A stretch of 64,000 nt of DNA from Chrysomallon squamiferum. Its lineage: Eukaryota; Animalia; Mollusca. Within the stretch, counting starts at the first letter, position 1; each line of letters starts with the position of its first letter. Positions 58,535-64,000 of the stretch are shown in pieces. A program made the translations under genes and the position numbers. The stretch lies in contig CM022674.1 in assembly GCA_012295275.1 (NCBI GenBank), positions 3,286,001-3,350,000 on the forward strand, in the 5' to 3' direction. A model generated the notes under the pieces. The model searched no databases. It had not been told where the DNA came from and worked only from the letters and a program-made list of their open reading frames with translations.

Positions 58535-60124
58535 TTAATACTGTTGCTGTTATTTTGTTCTTCTTGTTGATGTTGTTGTTGCTGTTGCTGTCTTATTAAT
58601 TTCGAAATAGAAAAAGAAAAGAAAAGAAAGAAAGAAAAAAAATTAAAATAAGGAAGAAGAAAGTTTTAACGGACGACATAACTGTCATATTATCAGAATA
58701 AAAACAAAGAAAGAATAATGACGAAGAAACAAAAGAAACTAAAAAAAAAGAAAAGAAAAGTAAAATAAACCCCAAAAAACCCAGAAGAAATAAAAACAAA
58801 ACAAAACAAAAGCATTTGCTGTGATAACTGCTATTGTAACAAGCTAAAACATGCGGATGAAATTAATTTTTGAAAGAAGCATGTTATAATTTAACGGAAC
58901 TTTTATAATGATTATAAAATACATGGATATAGTGTTTTTATTTTTTATTTTTGTTACTTATTGTTTCCTTTCGTTCATAACAATAATTATATACATCTGA
59001 TGTCGTTATGCATTCTCAAAAGTTTCTCGATCACGTAATAAACTAAACATTATTTGACGCATTCGAATTGCGAAATAAAAAAATAAAAATAAAAATAAAA
59101 AATAAATTACTGGACGATTGAAATGCGCGTCTATAGATATTCTGGTAATAATAATAATAATAATAAAAGATGGATGAAATAATAAAAAAAGAATATTAAT
59201 TAAAGGGAGAGCCACTAAAAAAAATAATGTAAACGACACAAGAGAGTAGAAACATAGCACAATACAGTACAATACAATACAATAAAACATAGCATCATAC
59301 AATACATTATTATCCAGAACAACGCAACATATTATAATGTATAAAAAATGCAACAGTACAACACAAAAAAAAAGCAAGTGAGTAAAACACAACACTAGAT
59401 TACATACAGAAACGCAATAGAATACAAAGAAATTTAAAAAATAAAACATAAAAAAATGAAGAATACAAACAATGCAAACAGTACACAACGTTATACACCA
59501 ACCACACACTAATCCTCATTTAACTGCTACATACTAAAACAAATAAGGCTCAAGTTCATATCACTATAGTCCAGCCAAAGCTACAGTTACAAAACCACTA
59601 CAGCGAAATCTGGTCTTAGCCAAGCCATTCCAAATAACTATCGGATAAACAAATAATCAGTGTATCTACGTAATCTTTCGTTTCCAATCCGAAAGAAGAG
59701 AGAAAATACACTCGGTAATCTTCGCAAGACCGTTATCCGATTTTCATTTTTAAAATCAACTGGTAACGAGCATATGCTACGCCTAACCGCCTCGCACTGG
59801 TGTACGAAGGCTGTGATCAACTTCCGGTACTGACTACGCATCTTTTATCAGTCGGAAGTTACTCTTATCTTAACCATGACTCACATTAATTACCTCCCTT
59901 CTCGGAGAGTTCGTTGGAAAAAGGGGCCGGAAATGAATAGCTGTCGACTCTAACAATCATTTCTGAGGAGAGAGAATAACGGTGAGAATCTGATGGTTAT
60001 GCATGTGGATTTTCCAAAGTAATGTAAGCGTGTAAAGGAGAAAATAAGAAACTGGGTGAGAGAGAAACAAATAACATAATGTTCAGGAGTCATATGTATT
60101 ATTTCATTGAAACTGTTTACGGTT

Positions 60125-60223
<99 letters not shown>

Positions 60224-60460
60224 CTTTTTGTCTGTTTTTTTATATATTTATTTACCATCTTATATTATTTATTTTTCTTTAACGTGCACTGTTTATGCTG
60301 TCTGAAATGGTAAAATGGACTTCAAGAATAAAGAGAAATAATCGAAAGGAAAATATTTAAACGACAAACTTCAAATTACCTCCATTAGTAATAGCATTTA
60401 ATGGACAAAAAAAAAAAAAAATGAAAGAAAATAAATTCGATTAAGACATTATCATCATCA

Positions 60461-60496
<36 letters not shown>

Positions 60497-60949
60497 ATAC
60501 AACGGTTCGTTTCCCTGATGTTTGTTTTATCGATATTTAAAAAAACTCTTTAAGTGTGAACGATCTAATGGCGGTATAAATAAGATCTGAAACGAAGAGT
60601 TACTCAACATGAATGGGTCTGATTTACTGCTTGCCACTGGTTCCTTAGCTCGATTTTTCTCTTCCTGCTTCTGCTGGTAAAACAATCTTGATGGAATGTG
60701 GGAATGAGATATCGGTATCAAGTATGTTTATAATTAACGATTGGGTCCTCTTGTATTTTGTCTGTGACTCTAATGTACTAACTGTCTGAACGTCTGGCTG
60801 TACATTTGTTTCATTTATTTGTTTGTTTATTTATTTGTTTATTTATTTATTTGTTTATTTATTTATTGATGTATTTATTTATTTCTTTATTGATGTATTT
60901 ATTTTTTTCTCTGTGTCTCTCTATCTTTAAACATCTGTCTATCTGTCTG

Positions 60950-60983
<34 letters not shown>

Positions 60984-61021
60984 AATCTATTTGTGTATCT
61001 GTGTGTATATATATATCCAAA

Positions 61022-61148
<127 letters not shown>

Positions 61149-61960
61149 GTCTGTCTCTCTTTCTCTGTATATATATGTATCTGTCTCTTCTTTGTCTCAA
61201 CCGTTCACTTTCTGTCTTCTTTTTATCTGTCTATCAGCATTCTTCTTTACTCTAGGTTTTTCTCTCTCTCTCTCTTTCTCTCCCTTTCTATCAATCTCAC
61301 TATCTCGTTTGATGTCTATTATCATGACCATCACCATCACCACCATCATCATCATCATCATCATCATCATCATACATCTTACTTCATCTTACTGTTAAAA
61401 CTTCAACAAAAACATAAAAAAAAAAAATAATCCACCATCTTTCTCTCCTTTTTTTTTCTTACAAATATTCTCACGGCTTGGTTCAAACCTTTCTGATTGA
61501 GAAGGAAAAACAAAACGGTTAGAAGGATATTCCGTCAGCGGCTTCGCACCAAAAGCACACAATATCTAATAATTAACAAACAGCGCTTCCCACACAAAGG
61601 AACACGTGAAGCGACGAATGATGAACAAATGGCGTGACGTCCAGTTGTTTCTCGCGAATAGCGGAATTATTAGTACATCCGGTTTCTGGCGGCGGCATTT
61701 CGGGATACATTACGGTATCGGGCTGAATCGTGCTTAATGTGAAAAAGCGTAGTGGAAACAATGCGAATATCACCTCACAAGCGAAACTGTACGGAGATTG
61801 ATAAAGTAGTACAGCTCGTTAATATCACCGACAGATGGCGAACAGTCAGAAGGATCCTCAGAAATGAAAGTAGAAATAGAAGATGCATGAATGAAATGGA
61901 TTTAGTGAGATAAAGGTTATCGAAGAATGACATCAATGTTAAAAAAATAATAATAAGATA

Positions 61961-62006
<46 letters not shown>

Positions 62007-62641
62007 TAATGATTAATAATATAATGATTAATAACAGAAACATATATGAAAGAAACTAATAGACCCAAACTCGCACAAAGAGAAAACGAAATCAAGCAGT
62101 AACTTCATTTACTTTTAAAACAAAGACGTATAATTTTGCCCCTCTGAAATCCCTATTACTGCTACAACGCTACTGTATTAGTGCGCACAACCTTTACAAG
62201 ATATTATGCCGCTGATTTTAACTCGAAAGTGAAATATAGTCCTTAAAGTGCATCCATCAAAAAACGTTTCAACAGATTCTGCGTGCATTTGTCTTCATAT
62301 TTATATACCTATTTTATTTACGTTTTCGATCGATACCCTTTTTCATTCGGAGCAGGACATTTCATCAGATATCAACTGGACTATATTTCCGGACACGAGG
62401 ACAGCGGAGAACGGATGCGCATGTCATGCGATGCACCGGAAATGAAGTCGATATCGTTAATTCGCTTGGTTTTATACACACATTTATACATCGACGATTT
62501 GGCGATACTGAGTGGAAGTGCTTTGTGTCCTTTTCTTGTTTTTCCGATCAGAAATGTAGAACGTAGGTGTAAAAGCGCTGTTCAGAAACGGGAAAGGGCA
62601 ACAAAGAGGGGGAAATAGAGTTTGTTTGTTTAACGCATAAA

Positions 62642-62699
<58 letters not shown>

Positions 62700-64000
62700 A
62701 TGTATGTATGTATGTACATAGATATAAATCCAATTCCTCTGAGTATGATTTTTTTTTCCCTTTCGGTTTAAATTTAGAACGCTTTGTATGTGTTTGTGTA
62801 TGTGTGTGTTTGTGTGTCTGTGTTTGTGTATGGGTGTGTAGGGTCAATGGGTACAAAGCTGGTGGGTGGAGGGGCAGTCCCCACCCCCAAGGCTGGTGCA
62901 AGAGAATCATATTCGGTCAGTTAAAGTTAGGTAGCGTTGGATCAAACCGAGCTGTCTAAATCTAACGTTCCAACAAAGTATTCGCAACTAATAATCAATG
63001 TAATAAGTACGGGCATTCCTGTTCGGGTTATTAACGTGTTCCACCTTCATACAGCATGACTGGAATCGTCCAACATTACGTCACAAAGTGGATGAAATTA
63101 TCCCTTCCTTCTACATACGTCATATAGATATATATATATATATGGAACACACTCTATAAAAATAGTGCAACAGCTTTATACCCAACCGCAAGTGCCCCTC
63201 AACCATATAATAGTAATAGTTATTGCGTGCGTATAGCACTAACGACAATTAATTAAGAAAAACGTGGAAATAAGAATGATATAACAACTTCAGATCAAGC
63301 CATGTAGGTGGTAATACATCACAAACAAACCAGATGCACTTACTGACCTCGGCAAAAGCGTAGTAAATCCTCAGCGTGCATATATATTTTTACGTTTTAT
63401 CAATGCTTTGTGCTCTTAGTTCAAGACAGTTTGTGAAATATATTAAGCGAAAGTGGAAACAGAAAAAAAAAGATACAAGATATAAGATGGAAAAAATACA
63501 AAATACGTATTCATTTGAATATACTTCCTTTAGGTTCTGCCCATCTTGACTGATGACTTTTTTTTTTTTATAACAGAAGGGTTTTGTCCTAATATATTTG
63601 TCCGTTAACAGGCAGGATATTGTTATGTCCGGTTTTGTCCAGTCGGGGTATGTCTGGTGGGTTTAGTCTATATGTCAGTTTTTTTTTTTCTTGTTGTTGT
63701 TGTTTTTCTTGATTGTTTGTTGTTGTTGTTTTTTTTTTGTTGTGGTTTTTTTTCAGACAAATAACGTGTAAACTGATAACGAATCACGGTTATCCTAAAA
63801 TTGTGTCATTGAAGAAATATATCTGTTTGTGTTTCTGTCATTCAATTTTGCAATTCAGAACTATTTTAACATTAATCTAAAATCCTGAATGACCAGTACG
63901 TGCGGCCAACACCCTCCGGAAGCTGCTGACGTAATCTTTTTGTAATGCGTAATTTATTATGTCTAACGAAAGGTTACGACTTATCGCAAAGTGGGAACAA

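Overview
AT-rich, microsatellite-dense eukaryotic (metazoan, probably molluscan/gastropod by inference) genomic DNA. Nearly all ORFs in the supplied track are simple-repeat artefacts. One spliced + strand gene dominates: a TMEM47/PERP/VAB-9-like tetraspan protein of the claudin/PMP22 superfamily, with three shared coding exons (36680-36845, 40729-40878, 42123-42352) encoding 181 aa. Upstream lie at least three dispersed, mutually homologous alternative first coding exons (3788-3886, 14827-15339, 26351-26452; a weaker fourth at 19821-19853). The three homologous exons carry an R-x(2-3)-S-W-x-x-x-N motif, all four end in a phase-0 donor (one is GC-type), and each can splice in frame to the common exon: a variable-first-exon / constant-region architecture. 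A candidate frame-preserving 6-nt microexon (38429-38434) with neural-microexon-like signals sits in extracellular loop 1. Downstream is a probable first exon of a separate signal-peptide gene (52174-52245) whose later exons I could not identify. All gene models were read by eye and need RNA-seq confirmation.
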